A DNA stretch of 64,000 bases, taken from contig JBMFKQ010000004.1 in assembly GCA_049972095.1 (NCBI GenBank), positions 5,727 to 69,726 on the forward strand. The letters run 5' to 3'. Below the pieces are notes generated by a model. It was not told the origin of the DNA. It saw only the letters and a program-made list of their open reading frames with translations, and did no database searches. A program made the position numbers and the translations under genes. Positions 9,599 to 18,435 of the stretch are shown here, in pieces (position 1 is the first letter of the stretch; every line of letters starts with the position of its first letter). The DNA comes from Elusimicrobiales bacterium (lineage in GTDB: Bacteria > Elusimicrobiota > Elusimicrobia > Elusimicrobiales > UBA9959).

Positions 9599-10203
9599 CT
9601 CATGGTTTTGTTTATTCTGCTATTGTATCACTTATTAATCTTGATACAACATCTTTTCTTCAGTCATCCATCTCAAGACCTTCTGCCTCAGGACTTATAC
9701 TTGGTTTCCTTACAGGACATGCCTTTGAGGGTTTTATTCTTGGTATTATCTTTGAGCTTGTTATACTTGACTTTCCTCCTATAGGTGGAATGCCTGTGCC
9801 AAACGGGTGTATTGCGGTAGGGATTTCGTGCTATTTAGTTAGCATAGCAGATGCCGGATTTTCGTTTTTTGCAGGTCTTATAGGAGGTATTCTTTATTCT
9901 TATGTTGAGATGATTTTGAGAAGTAGAAGGAAAATCTTTAATAGAGCTGTAGAGAAAAGTATTTTATCCTTTAGATTTTCTGTTGGGAGATTTGTGTTTT
10001 TATCATTGATGATTGAGTTTCTTGTAGCTCTTATTTATGTTTATTCCTTTAGTCTTTGCTTGAAGTGGTTTTTTTCAAAGCTTTCATTAGATCTTTCATA
10101 TCGTGTCAAACAATGGCTTGAACTTTCTCTGATATCAACAGTTTTTATTACACTGACATCTATGGTTTTCAAATTTTTAACTCAGGTGAGAAAAAATGCT
10201 TAG
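9595..10203 (+). CDS. PTS mannose-family EIIC (short)
   Basis: LD...LQSSISRP...G, ELVILDFPPIGGMPVP; hydrophobic; operon context. Confidence 0.8.
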   Translation: MTHGFVYSAIVSLINLDTTSFLQSSISRPSASGLILGFLTGHAFEGFILGIIFELVILDFPPIGGMPVPNGCIAVGISCYLVSIADAGFSFFAGLIGGILYSYVEMILRSRRKIFNRAVEKSILSFRFSVGRFVFLSLMIEFLVALIYVYSFSLCLKWFFSKLSLDLSYRVKQWLELSLISTVFITLTSMVFKFLTQVRKNA

Positions 10204-10987
10204 TAGATTTGATGTTTTTATAACAGTTTTTAGAAGCTTTTTTCTTCAAGCAGTTTTTAATTTTGAGGGATATCAAAATATTGGTTTTGTTTTTTCGTTG
10301 CTATGGATTATTAAGAAACACATATCTGATGTTAGTGAGCTTAGGAAAATTATGATTAGACACCTTGAGATATTCAATACTCAACCATATATGTCAGGTT
10401 TTGTTATAGGTAATGTTGCAAGAATGGAGATTGACAAGAAAGATGAAAAGGATATTATTAAAGTTAAGCAATCGCTTGCCTCAAGCTTTGCCTCAATAGG
10501 CGATAGAATATTCTGGGCAAGAATGAGGTGTATTGAGGCATATACTACAGTTCTTCTTACAGTAATTTTCTATTACTTATGCCACAACGATTTTGAAACA
10601 TGGGGCATGTGGATAGCCGCAAGCCTACCAACTCTCTTTTATTTTGCATATACGCTATATATCAGATATATAGGGATTATTTATGGCTTTAAGTGCGGTG
10701 GGATAAAAAACTGTGGGCTTGATCGTTTTGACTGGAACCAAATGATAAGGAGACTTAGCAGAATATCTTTCTTCCTCGGTGTTGTGAGTGTTATAGTTAT
10801 TGTTTTTGTCTATGGATTTTTTCTTTTCAGTAAAAGCATTTCTCATAATGCTGTTTATATCTCTATACCTTTTCTTTCTTTTGCATCTCAGCGCTTTTTT
10901 AGAAAAGATAGAAAAAACATACTTTATCCAATTGGTGTTATGATGATTATCTGTTTTATCTTGTGTTTTTTACGGATTGAGATATGA
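10196..10987 (+). CDS. PTS mannose-family EIID
   Basis: RSFFLQAVFNFEGYQNIGF, RHLEIFNTQP, ASIGDRIFW. Confidence 0.88.
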   Translation: MLSRFDVFITVFRSFFLQAVFNFEGYQNIGFVFSLLWIIKKHISDVSELRKIMIRHLEIFNTQPYMSGFVIGNVARMEIDKKDEKDIIKVKQSLASSFASIGDRIFWARMRCIEAYTTVLLTVIFYYLCHNDFETWGMWIAASLPTLFYFAYTLYIRYIGIIYGFKCGGIKNCGLDRFDWNQMIRRLSRISFFLGVVSVIVIVFVYGFFLFSKSISHNAVYISIPFLSFASQRFFRKDRKNILYPIGVMMIICFILCFLRIEI

Positions 10988-11250
10988 TAAGGAAAACTGT
11001 GAAGGTGATAAACGAGCAAGGGCTACATGCAAGACCCTGTAGAATGATATCACAGCTAGCTATGAGTTATCAGTGTGATATAAAGCTTATCAAGGATGGC
11101 TATGAGGTTAATGCCAAAAGCATAATGGGGATACTTTCAATGGCAGCCCCCAAGGATTCAATTATAACAATAGTAGCTGATGGAATCGATGAAAAAAAGG
11201 CTGTTGAGGAGATTTCACATCTTTTTGAAACGAAATTTGATGAGGAATAG
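10984..11250 (+). CDS. ptsH: Phosphocarrier protein HPr
   Basis: GLHARP (His15), NAKSIMG (Ser46). Confidence 0.96.
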   Translation: MIRKTVKVINEQGLHARPCRMISQLAMSYQCDIKLIKDGYEVNAKSIMGILSMAAPKDSIITIVADGIDEKKAVEEISHLFETKFDEE

Positions 11251-11253
11251 TCT

Positions 11254-12990
11254 ATGATAGTAAAAAGGGGAATCGGTATAAATGTGGGTATAGCCATAGG
11301 CAAGACATTTGTCCTTGAGGATGATAGCATAGTTATTGAAAAAAAGTTCATACCAAAAGAAAAGATTAAAGATGAGGTTGCGAGGTATAAAACAGCGCTT
11401 GCAAAAACAGAGGAAGAAATTGAGCTTGTAAAAAAACATGTCCTTGATGCTCTTGGAAAGCAGCATGTAAAACTTATAGATGCCCATACCACAATATTAA
11501 AGGATCCCCTCATAACAAAGGATGTTATCTCTCTTATTATCAGTCAGAGAATAAACGCAGAATATGCTCTTTCAAAAAAGATAGAAGAGATTCTTCAAAA
11601 ATTTAATAAGATAAGTGATACCTTTTTCCTTGAAAGGAAAAATGAGATACTTGACATATCCAAAAAGATAATTCAAAACCTTACAGATAGAAAAACAAAT
11701 GTTATAGCTCAGATAAATGAGCCTATAATACTTATTGCAAACAATCTTTTACCATCAGATCTGATAAACATAAGTAAGTCACCAAATGTAGTTGCTTTCT
11801 GCACAAATCTTGGTTCAAAAACAAGTCATACAGCGCTTTTTGCACAGAATATGGGGATACCTGCTGTGGTTGGGCTTGGAGACATAACAAGGGTTGTTAG
11901 AAGCGGTTGCCTTGTTATAGTTTCAAGCAGTGAAAACAGTGTTATAATAGATCCAACCCCTGAGATTGTTGAATCCTATAAGAAAAAAAAGGAACAGCTT
12001 GCAAAAAGTGAACTATATCTTTCCAGAATCAAAAAACTTCCAACCATCACACGCGATGGAAAGAAAATTTCTCTTATGGTCAATCTGAACAGCGATGATG
12101 ATTTAGATGAATACCGTAGTATTAATTCTGATGGGATTGGGCTTTTTAGGACCGAGTTTCTCTACATAAACAAAGAGAATATCCCTATAGAGAATGAGCA
12201 GCTAAACATTTACAGAAGGATTCTCACATCAACACCTAATCTTCCTATTGTTATAAGAACTGCTGATATTGGAGCTGACAAGATATCAAATATAGGATTT
12301 AAAGATATAAATGAAGCAAATCCTTTTATGGGATTTAGAGGCATAAGACTTTTTCTTAGATATCCTGATCTTCTTAAAACCCAACTTAGAGCAATATATC
12401 GTGCAAGTGTGGATACCTCTGTTCATATAATGATACCAATGGTTACAAATCTCGATGAGATTATTCAGGTTAAGGCAATAATTGAGGATGTGAAGAAAGA
12501 GCTTCTTATAAAAAAAATTCCTTTCAAACCTGACATACCTCTTGGTGTTATGATTGAGATTCCATCTGCTGCGCTTATAGTTGACTACATGCTTGACTAT
12601 GTTGATTTTGTTTCTATAGGGACAAATGATCTAATACAGTATCTTCTTGCGGTTGATAGGGTCAATCAGTATGTAAGCAGCATGTATGACCCATTTCATC
12701 CTGCGGTTTTGAGGATAATAAATCTAATAGTTAACGCATCTCATAAGAAAGGCAAAAAAGTTTCGGTCTGTGGTGAGATGGCAAGTGATCCATTAGGCTG
12801 TCTTGCACTTATATCCCTTGGTGTTGATTCCCTTTCAGTTCCTCTAAAGCTTTTTCTCAAGGTTAAACAACATATTCGAAACATAAATTATGAGAGGTTA
12901 GCAAAACTTTCAATCAAGATACTTAATGAGAGTGATTCATCGAAGATTGCCGGGATCTTAGAAAAAGAGATGGCTTATGAATTCAAGTAG
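11254..12990 (+). CDS. ptsI: PEP-protein phosphotransferase (Enzyme I)
   Basis: TSHTA, GIGLFRTEFL, EANPFMGFRGIR, SIGTNDLIQY, VCGEMA. Confidence 0.96.
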   Translation: MIVKRGIGINVGIAIGKTFVLEDDSIVIEKKFIPKEKIKDEVARYKTALAKTEEEIELVKKHVLDALGKQHVKLIDAHTTILKDPLITKDVISLIISQRINAEYALSKKIEEILQKFNKISDTFFLERKNEILDISKKIIQNLTDRKTNVIAQINEPIILIANNLLPSDLINISKSPNVVAFCTNLGSKTSHTALFAQNMGIPAVVGLGDITRVVRSGCLVIVSSSENSVIIDPTPEIVESYKKKKEQLAKSELYLSRIKKLPTITRDGKKISLMVNLNSDDDLDEYRSINSDGIGLFRTEFLYINKENIPIENEQLNIYRRILTSTPNLPIVIRTADIGADKISNIGFKDINEANPFMGFRGIRLFLRYPDLLKTQLRAIYRASVDTSVHIMIPMVTNLDEIIQVKAIIEDVKKELLIKKIPFKPDIPLGVMIEIPSAALIVDYMLDYVDFVSIGTNDLIQYLLAVDRVNQYVSSMYDPFHPAVLRIINLIVNASHKKGKKVSVCGEMASDPLGCLALISLGVDSLSVPLKLFLKVKQHIRNINYERLAKLSIKILNESDSSKIAGILEKEMAYEFK

Positions 12991-14806
12991 GATAAGGAAT
13001 TTTTCAATCATAGCTCATATAGATCACGGTAAATCTACACTTGCAGACAGATTCATAGAGATAACACAGGCTATTCCTGACAGAGCAATGAGGGAGCAAT
13101 TTCTTGATACAATGGAGCTTGAAAGGGAAAGAGGAATAACAATAAAGGCAAAAGCCATAAGAATGAAATACAGCTCAGTTGATGGTGATGAGTATGTATT
13201 CAATCTTATAGACACGCCCGGACATGTTGATTTTTCATACGAGGTTTCAAGGGCTCTTTATGCCTGTGATGGAGCAATTCTTCTTGTTGATGCAACTCAA
13301 GGGGTTGAGGCTCAGACCCTTGCTCATGCACAACTTGCTATCTCCCTCGGTATAAAGGTAATTCCAGCAATAAACAAGATAGATCTTGAACATGCTGATA
13401 TTGAAAAAACTCAAGCTGATATATGGGAGATACTAAAAGATCCTATAGATATCTCTTATGTAAGTGCTAAAACAGGGAAAGGCGTAAGGGAGTTGATGGA
13501 GAGAATTGTGAAGGAGATACCTCCCCCTACTATTAGAGATATACAAAGGCTTAAAGCCCTTGTTTTTGATTCTGTTTATGACAGCTATAAAGGAGTCATA
13601 GTTTATACAAGAGTTTTTGATGGAAGGATTAAAAAAGGTGATATCATATTTTTTTACTCAACTAAAAAAAGCTATAAGGTTGAAGAGGTGGGTTATCTTA
13701 CTCCTGATATGAAAGAATCTCAGAGCATTGAGGCAGGTGAGGTTGGTTATATAGTGGCAGGAATAAAGGATATACATGATATAAAGATAGGTGATACAAT
13801 TTTTCTTAAAGAAATGGTGGCAGAGCCACTTGGTGGTTTTAAGGATATAAAACCTGTTGTTTTTGCAGGGATATTTCCTCTTAATAGCTCTGATTTTAAT
13901 TCACTTAAAAATGCAATAGAAAAACTTCACCTCACTGATTCCTCTTTTACATATCAGGGAGAATCATCAAAAGCTTTAGGATTTGGTTTTAGATGTGGTT
14001 TTATGGGGCTTTTACATCTTGATATAATAAGGCAGAGAATAGAAAGGGAATTCTCTATTCCAGTTATAATTACAAATCCAAATGTTATCTATAAGGTTAA
14101 AAAGAAGAAAAAAACCCACTCAAAAGAATCAGAGATAATTGAGGTAAAAAACCCCACAGATTTCCCTCATTATGGTGATATTATTGAGGTCTATGAGCCC
14201 TATGTAAGTGCAAGGATAATAACACCTCTTGATTATCTTGAAAATGTTATAAATCTGCTGAAGGAAAAAAGGGGAGTTCATAGAAGTATTGATTACATAT
14301 CCACGACAAGGGTTATAATTAACTATGATCTTCCTCTTGGAGAGATAATAGTTGATTTTTACGACAGATTAAAGTCATCTTCCAGAGGGTATGCTTCATT
14401 TGATTACGAACATTCAGATTACAGAGTAGGTGATATAGTCAAGGTTGAAATTGTTGTTTGTGGGGAGGTTGTTGACGCTCTCTCTTTTATGTCACACAGA
14501 ACAACAGCACAATCAAGGGGAAGGGAGATGTGTGAGAGACTAAAAAAGATTATTCCAAGGCATCTTTTTGAAATAGCTGTTCAAGCAAGGATTGAGGGAA
14601 GGGTTGTTGCAAGGGAAAGCATTCGGGCTTTAAGAAAGGATGTTTTGGCAAAATGTTATGGTGGTGATATTACAAGAAAGAGGAAGCTTCTTGAAAAGCA
14701 GAAGGAAGGGAAAAAAAGGATGAAGATGTTTGGAAGTGTTGAGATACCTCAAGATGCTTTTGTAGATATTCTCAAGATTAGCTCTAACAAAAAAGAAAAC
14801 AGTTGA
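12977..14806 (+). CDS. lepA: Elongation factor 4
   Basis: IRNFSIIAHIDHGKSTLADR, GFRCGFMGLLH, KCYGGDITRKRKLLEKQKEGKKRMK. Confidence 0.98.
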   Translation: MNSSRIRNFSIIAHIDHGKSTLADRFIEITQAIPDRAMREQFLDTMELERERGITIKAKAIRMKYSSVDGDEYVFNLIDTPGHVDFSYEVSRALYACDGAILLVDATQGVEAQTLAHAQLAISLGIKVIPAINKIDLEHADIEKTQADIWEILKDPIDISYVSAKTGKGVRELMERIVKEIPPPTIRDIQRLKALVFDSVYDSYKGVIVYTRVFDGRIKKGDIIFFYSTKKSYKVEEVGYLTPDMKESQSIEAGEVGYIVAGIKDIHDIKIGDTIFLKEMVAEPLGGFKDIKPVVFAGIFPLNSSDFNSLKNAIEKLHLTDSSFTYQGESSKALGFGFRCGFMGLLHLDIIRQRIEREFSIPVIITNPNVIYKVKKKKKTHSKESEIIEVKNPTDFPHYGDIIEVYEPYVSARIITPLDYLENVINLLKEKRGVHRSIDYISTTRVIINYDLPLGEIIVDFYDRLKSSSRGYASFDYEHSDYRVGDIVKVEIVVCGEVVDALSFMSHRTTAQSRGREMCERLKKIIPRHLFEIAVQARIEGRVVARESIRALRKDVLAKCYGGDITRKRKLLEKQKEGKKRMKMFGSVEIPQDAFVDILKISSNKKENS

Positions 14807-14858
14807 TTTTTTGGATTTTGTATAATTTTATAGTATTTGCTTCAAGAAAAGAACTTGT

Positions 14859-14946
14859 GGAAGGGTGGCTGAGCGGTTTAAAGCGCCGGTCTTGAAAACC
14901 GGTGTGCGGTTCTTCCGCACCGTGGGTTCGAATCCCACCCCTTCCG
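14859..14946 (+). tRNA. tRNA-Ser (anticodon UGA), CCA not encoded
   Basis: GGAAGGG/CCCTTCC acceptor stem, CCGGT-CTTGAAA-ACCGG anticodon arm, long variable arm GTGCGG-TTCTT-CCGCAC, GGTTCGAATCC T-arm, G discriminator. Confidence 0.97.
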
Positions 14947-15002
14947 TGCTTTTCTAAGAAATGCGAAAGCATTTCGTGGGAAAGGGATTAATAAAAGATT
15001 AT

Positions 15003-15197
15003 ATGAAGGAGAAAAAATATAAAACAATCGAAATTTGTAATGAATGTGGTAGAGATGTAAGTTTAAATAACGGACTATTTATAAACAGAGTTATTGACTT
15101 TGATGATTATAAAATTAGAAAAGAAATGAATAAACCCTTTCCACGAGGAGATTATATTTGCAGAGTGTATAATTTCATAAACATACTAGACTTTTAG
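15003..15197 (+). pseudogene. Small Zn-ribbon-like protein, probably frameshifted near the C-terminus
   Basis: N-terminal CNECG; C-terminal ICR|VY becomes ICRECIIS* if 2 nt are restored in the AGAG run at 15162-15165. Confidence 0.5.
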
Positions 15198-15234
15198 GTA
15201 TAATAGAATTAGTGTATGTATCTGGAGGTTTGCT

Positions 15235-15455
15235 ATGAGGTATTTTAACATTCCACATTATAAGGCTTTGGTAGAGTTAAAAAGGCGGTTTGAGATGGTG
15301 AATGTAGAGGGGATGGATATAGCAGTCATAGATTAGAGGTATCATAAGATTATAAGATAACACCGATGGAATATTTAATTAATAAAGAGAAAATAGAAAA
15401 CAAAGAATTAACACCAGAAAAGTCCAAAATGTATGGAGATCTTACAGCCTCTTGA
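15235..15455 (+). pseudogene. Decayed ORF remnant
   Basis: TATAAT and a strong SD (GGAGG) precede MRYFNIPHYKALVELKRRFEMV..., which stops after 33 codons; a second fragment DYKITPMEYLINKEK... follows in another frame. Confidence 0.4.
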
Positions 15456-15489
15456 TTATTTAAGCTATTAATTGGTAAAATAATATTTT
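15452..15489 (+). promoter_or_regulatory. sigma70-type promoter for rpsF, near-leaderless
   Basis: TTGATT-18nt-TAAAAT, then 8 nt to ATG; no SD. Confidence 0.55.
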
Positions 15490-15798
15490 ATGAAAGCAAA
15501 TTGTTATGATATAGTTATTGTTTTTGATCCGAGGCTGAGCGAGAATACTCTAAAGGATTTGCTTACAAATAAAGTGAAAAATCTCATCTCTTCAATGAGT
15601 GGAGAAATACTCACTGAAGATAGCTGGGGAATACGAAGGCTTTCTCATCCAATAAACAAAAACAAAGATGGCTTTTATTATTTTATAAAAGCAAAGCTTG
15701 ATGTAACCAAAATAAAGGATATAAACTATAACCTTAAAATAACAGATGGTATTTTAAGAGTTAGTATAATTAAATCAGCAATAGGAGTAGTGAAGTAA
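15490..15798 (+). CDS. rpsF: 30S ribosomal protein S6
   Basis: WGIRRLSHPINK, DGFYY, ILR; rpsF-ssb-rpsR synteny. Confidence 0.95.
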   Translation: MKANCYDIVIVFDPRLSENTLKDLLTNKVKNLISSMSGEILTEDSWGIRRLSHPINKNKDGFYYFIKAKLDVTKIKDINYNLKITDGILRVSIIKSAIGVVK

Positions 15799-15799
15799 T

Positions 15800-16234
15800 A
15801 TGGCTTTGAGAATTCCATCACAGAACCAGGTTACAATAACAGGTAGGCTAACAAGGGATCCAGAGTTTAGAGCAACTCAGAAAGGCACTACTGTATGTTT
15901 TTTTGATATAGCATCAAATAGAAGAATCAAAGATCAAACAACTCAGCAATGGAGAGATGATACAACATATGTTCCAGTGATAGCATGGGGACAAATAGCC
16001 GAAAGATGCAGGGATAAAATAAAAAAAGGAACCCCTGTGTATATAGAAGGCAGACTTTCAAACAGTGAGTATGTAAACAAAGAGGGAACTAAAATAAAAA
16101 AACTAAGAATTGTTGTAAATAAGATTCAGATTCTTGAACAGATAAAGGGAGAAACCACTGAGTCTGATGCTATAGCTGATAAGGATACAGATGTTGATAT
16201 TGTAAAAGATATTGATGATGAAATACCTTTTTAA
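15800..16234 (+). CDS. ssb: Single-stranded DNA-binding protein
   Basis: NQVTITGRLTRDPE, KGTPVYIEGRL, C-terminal DDEIPF. Confidence 0.96.
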   Translation: MALRIPSQNQVTITGRLTRDPEFRATQKGTTVCFFDIASNRRIKDQTTQQWRDDTTYVPVIAWGQIAERCRDKIKKGTPVYIEGRLSNSEYVNKEGTKIKKLRIVVNKIQILEQIKGETTESDAIADKDTDVDIVKDIDDEIPF

Positions 16235-16244
16235 GGAGTAGTTT

Positions 16245-16550
16245 ATGGAAAATATAGATCAAACCTCAAGCCCTCAGGAATCGAAAGATACATCAGGGGT
16301 TAAAAAAAACTTTTATTTTCAAAGGAGAAACCAGTTTAAAAAAAAGCAGTGCAGATTCTGTCTTGAAAAGATAAAGCAGATTGACTGGAAACAAACACAG
16401 ATGCTTAAGCCTTTTACAACAGAAACAGGAAGAATACTTCCCAGAAAAATAACAGGAGTATGTGCAAAACACCAAAGACAGCTTTCAAAAGCCATAAAGA
16501 TAAATAGAAACCTTGCAATTCTTCCATACACAACAATGTGCTCTAAGTAG
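16245..16550 (+). CDS. rpsR: 30S ribosomal protein S18 (Zn-binding form)
   Basis: CRFC...[24 protein letters not shown]...LPY. Confidence 0.96.
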   Translation: MENIDQTSSPQESKDTSGVKKNFYFQRRNQFKKKQCRFCLEKIKQIDWKQTQMLKPFTTETGRILPRKITGVCAKHQRQLSKAIKINRNLAILPYTTMCSK

Positions 16551-16561
16551 GGAGAGGTTTT

Positions 16562-17005
16562 ATGAAAGTCATACTCAAAAAAGACCATCCTCATTTAGGA
16601 AGAGAGGGAGAGATAAAAGAGGTTGCAGATGGTTATGCCAGGAATTACCTTTTTCCAAGAGGTATCGCTATTCTTGCTACAGAAGCTGCTGTAAAGGCTT
16701 TGAAGTCAAGCGAAGATAAAAGGAGAAAGAAGCTTGAACAGAAGAAAAAAGCTCTTGAAGAGCTTGCGAAAAGAATATCTCAGGTAAAACTTTCTTTTTC
16801 AAAACCCAAGAATGAAGAAGGGTGTATGTTTGGCTCAGTTACAAAGGCTGAGGTATTGAAAGCTCTTAAAAGCGCAAACATAGAAATAGATAAATCAGCT
16901 CTTGATATGCCTGCATCACTAAAGGAGTTTGGTAGTTTCGAAATAAAAGTTAATCTTTCAACAGATGTTAAGGCATCATTCAAGGTAGATATAACTCCAT
17001 TCTAA
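16562..17005 (+). CDS. rplI: 50S ribosomal protein L9
   Basis: [22 protein letters not shown]. Confidence 0.96.
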   Translation: MKVILKKDHPHLGREGEIKEVADGYARNYLFPRGIAILATEAAVKALKSSEDKRRKKLEQKKKALEELAKRISQVKLSFSKPKNEEGCMFGSVTKAEVLKALKSANIEIDKSALDMPASLKEFGSFEIKVNLSTDVKASFKVDITPF

Positions 17006-17093
17006 AAAACTTTGAACCATTTGTGAAAAAATTATACCTAATATGTAGATCTTATAGTTCATGAGGAAACAAAATAATTAGAAAGGAGATTAG

Positions 17094-18434
17094 ATGAAGG
17101 TCATTGTAATAGGTTCAGGACCAGCGGGATATTCATCCGCCCTTAAACTTAAAAGCATGGGGGTTGATGTTAAGATTGTTGAAAGCGGGGATTTTGGTGG
17201 AACATGCCTTAACAGAGGATGCATCCCAGCAAAAGCAATACTTGAGATAGCAAGAAGATATTATGAGATAAAAGAAATAAAAGATTTTTTCACACCACAT
17301 CCTGAAATAAATCCTATATGGGAGAAGATAAAAGAGTATAAAACAAAGGTTGTAACAAATTTAAGATCATCGCTTGAAAGATTGTTTTTTTTAAAAAAAA
17401 TAGAGATAATAAAAGGAATAGCAAAAATTTTATCACCGAAAGAAATAGAGGTTAGCACAGATGGGAAAAGACAGATACATCAGTTTGATAAACTTATAAT
17501 TGCAACAGGCACAAAGCCGTTTTATCCAAAACCCTTTGACTCACACAAAGATATCCTTATAGACTCTGACAGAATATTTGATCTTGAAAGAATACCATCA
17601 AAACTTGCAATAATAGGTGCAGGAGTTATAGGGATTGAGATAGCATGTTTTTTTAATGCTGTTGGTGTTGAGGTAAGTGTAGTGGATATAATGAGTGAGA
17701 TTCTACCTTCTGAAGATCCTGAGGTTGTCAGATTTCTAAGAAATTCACTTGAAAAAAGAGGTGTGAAGTTCTATCTATCATCAAAGATAAATAAGATAGA
17801 AATAAACAAAGACAAAAAAACACTTCTTCTTGAAAATGGCTCACATATTGATGCAGACACTGTTATGATTGCAGCGGGTAGAACCACAGAACTCCAAGAG
17901 TTAAATCTTGGGTTAGCAGATATCAAATACTCAAAATATATTGAAGTCAACAATTTTATGCAGACATCAAATCCCGATATATATGCATGTGGCGATGTCA
18001 ACGGAATATCTATGCTTGCACACTCTGCAATAAGACAGGCAGAGATAGCAGCCCAGCATATAGTTAGAGCAAATAGTGAGAGGTTTGATAAAAACATAGT
18101 TCCATTATGTATATACTCATGGCCGGAGTATGCGTCTGTTGGCTTCAACACAAAAACAGCAAAGGAAAACGGAATAGATATAAAAGTTAAAAAGGCATAT
18201 TTTCAAGCAGTTGGAAAGGCTGTTGCAACAATGCATACAGAAGGCTTTATACAGATAATAATAGATGAAAATGAAACTGTAATAGGCTCACAAATACTTG
18301 GAGGCCCTGCAACAGAGATAATACACACACTTGCAGTTGCAGTTAAGAATAAACTTAAACTTAAAGAACTCAAATCAATAATATATGCTCATCCAACAAT
18401 GAGTGAGATAATAATGGAAGCGATAAATAGATAA
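17094..18434 (+). CDS. lpdA: Dihydrolipoyl dehydrogenase
   Basis: IGSGPAGY, GGTCLNRGCIP redox disulfide, IGAGVIGIE, MLAH, AHPTMSE. Confidence 0.93.
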   Translation: MKVIVIGSGPAGYSSALKLKSMGVDVKIVESGDFGGTCLNRGCIPAKAILEIARRYYEIKEIKDFFTPHPEINPIWEKIKEYKTKVVTNLRSSLERLFFLKKIEIIKGIAKILSPKEIEVSTDGKRQIHQFDKLIIATGTKPFYPKPFDSHKDILIDSDRIFDLERIPSKLAIIGAGVIGIEIACFFNAVGVEVSVVDIMSEILPSEDPEVVRFLRNSLEKRGVKFYLSSKINKIEINKDKKTLLLENGSHIDADTVMIAAGRTTELQELNLGLADIKYSKYIEVNNFMQTSNPDIYACGDVNGISMLAHSAIRQAEIAAQHIVRANSERFDKNIVPLCIYSWPEYASVGFNTKTAKENGIDIKVKKAYFQAVGKAVATMHTEGFIQIIIDENETVIGSQILGGPATEIIHTLAVAVKNKLKLKELKSIIYAHPTMSEIIMEAINR

Positions 18435-18435
18435 A

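Noticed and set aside
14095-14125. A-rich Lys tract in lepA as a frameshift site
   Set aside because: The frame is continuous and LepA motifs continue downstream; it is a loop insertion
14784-14972. 62-aa minus-strand ORF
   Set aside because: Antisense shadow of tRNA-Ser
15241-15270. dif-like sequence on the minus strand (TTATAA-TGTGGA-ATGTTAAA)
   Set aside because: The XerD arm lacks the TT of TTATGTTAAAT and the spacing is 2 nt short; probably chance
17021-17038. Rex operator-like TTGTGAA upstream of lpdA, with a similar site near 19671-19688
   Set aside because: Only one good half-site in each case; common in AT-rich DNA
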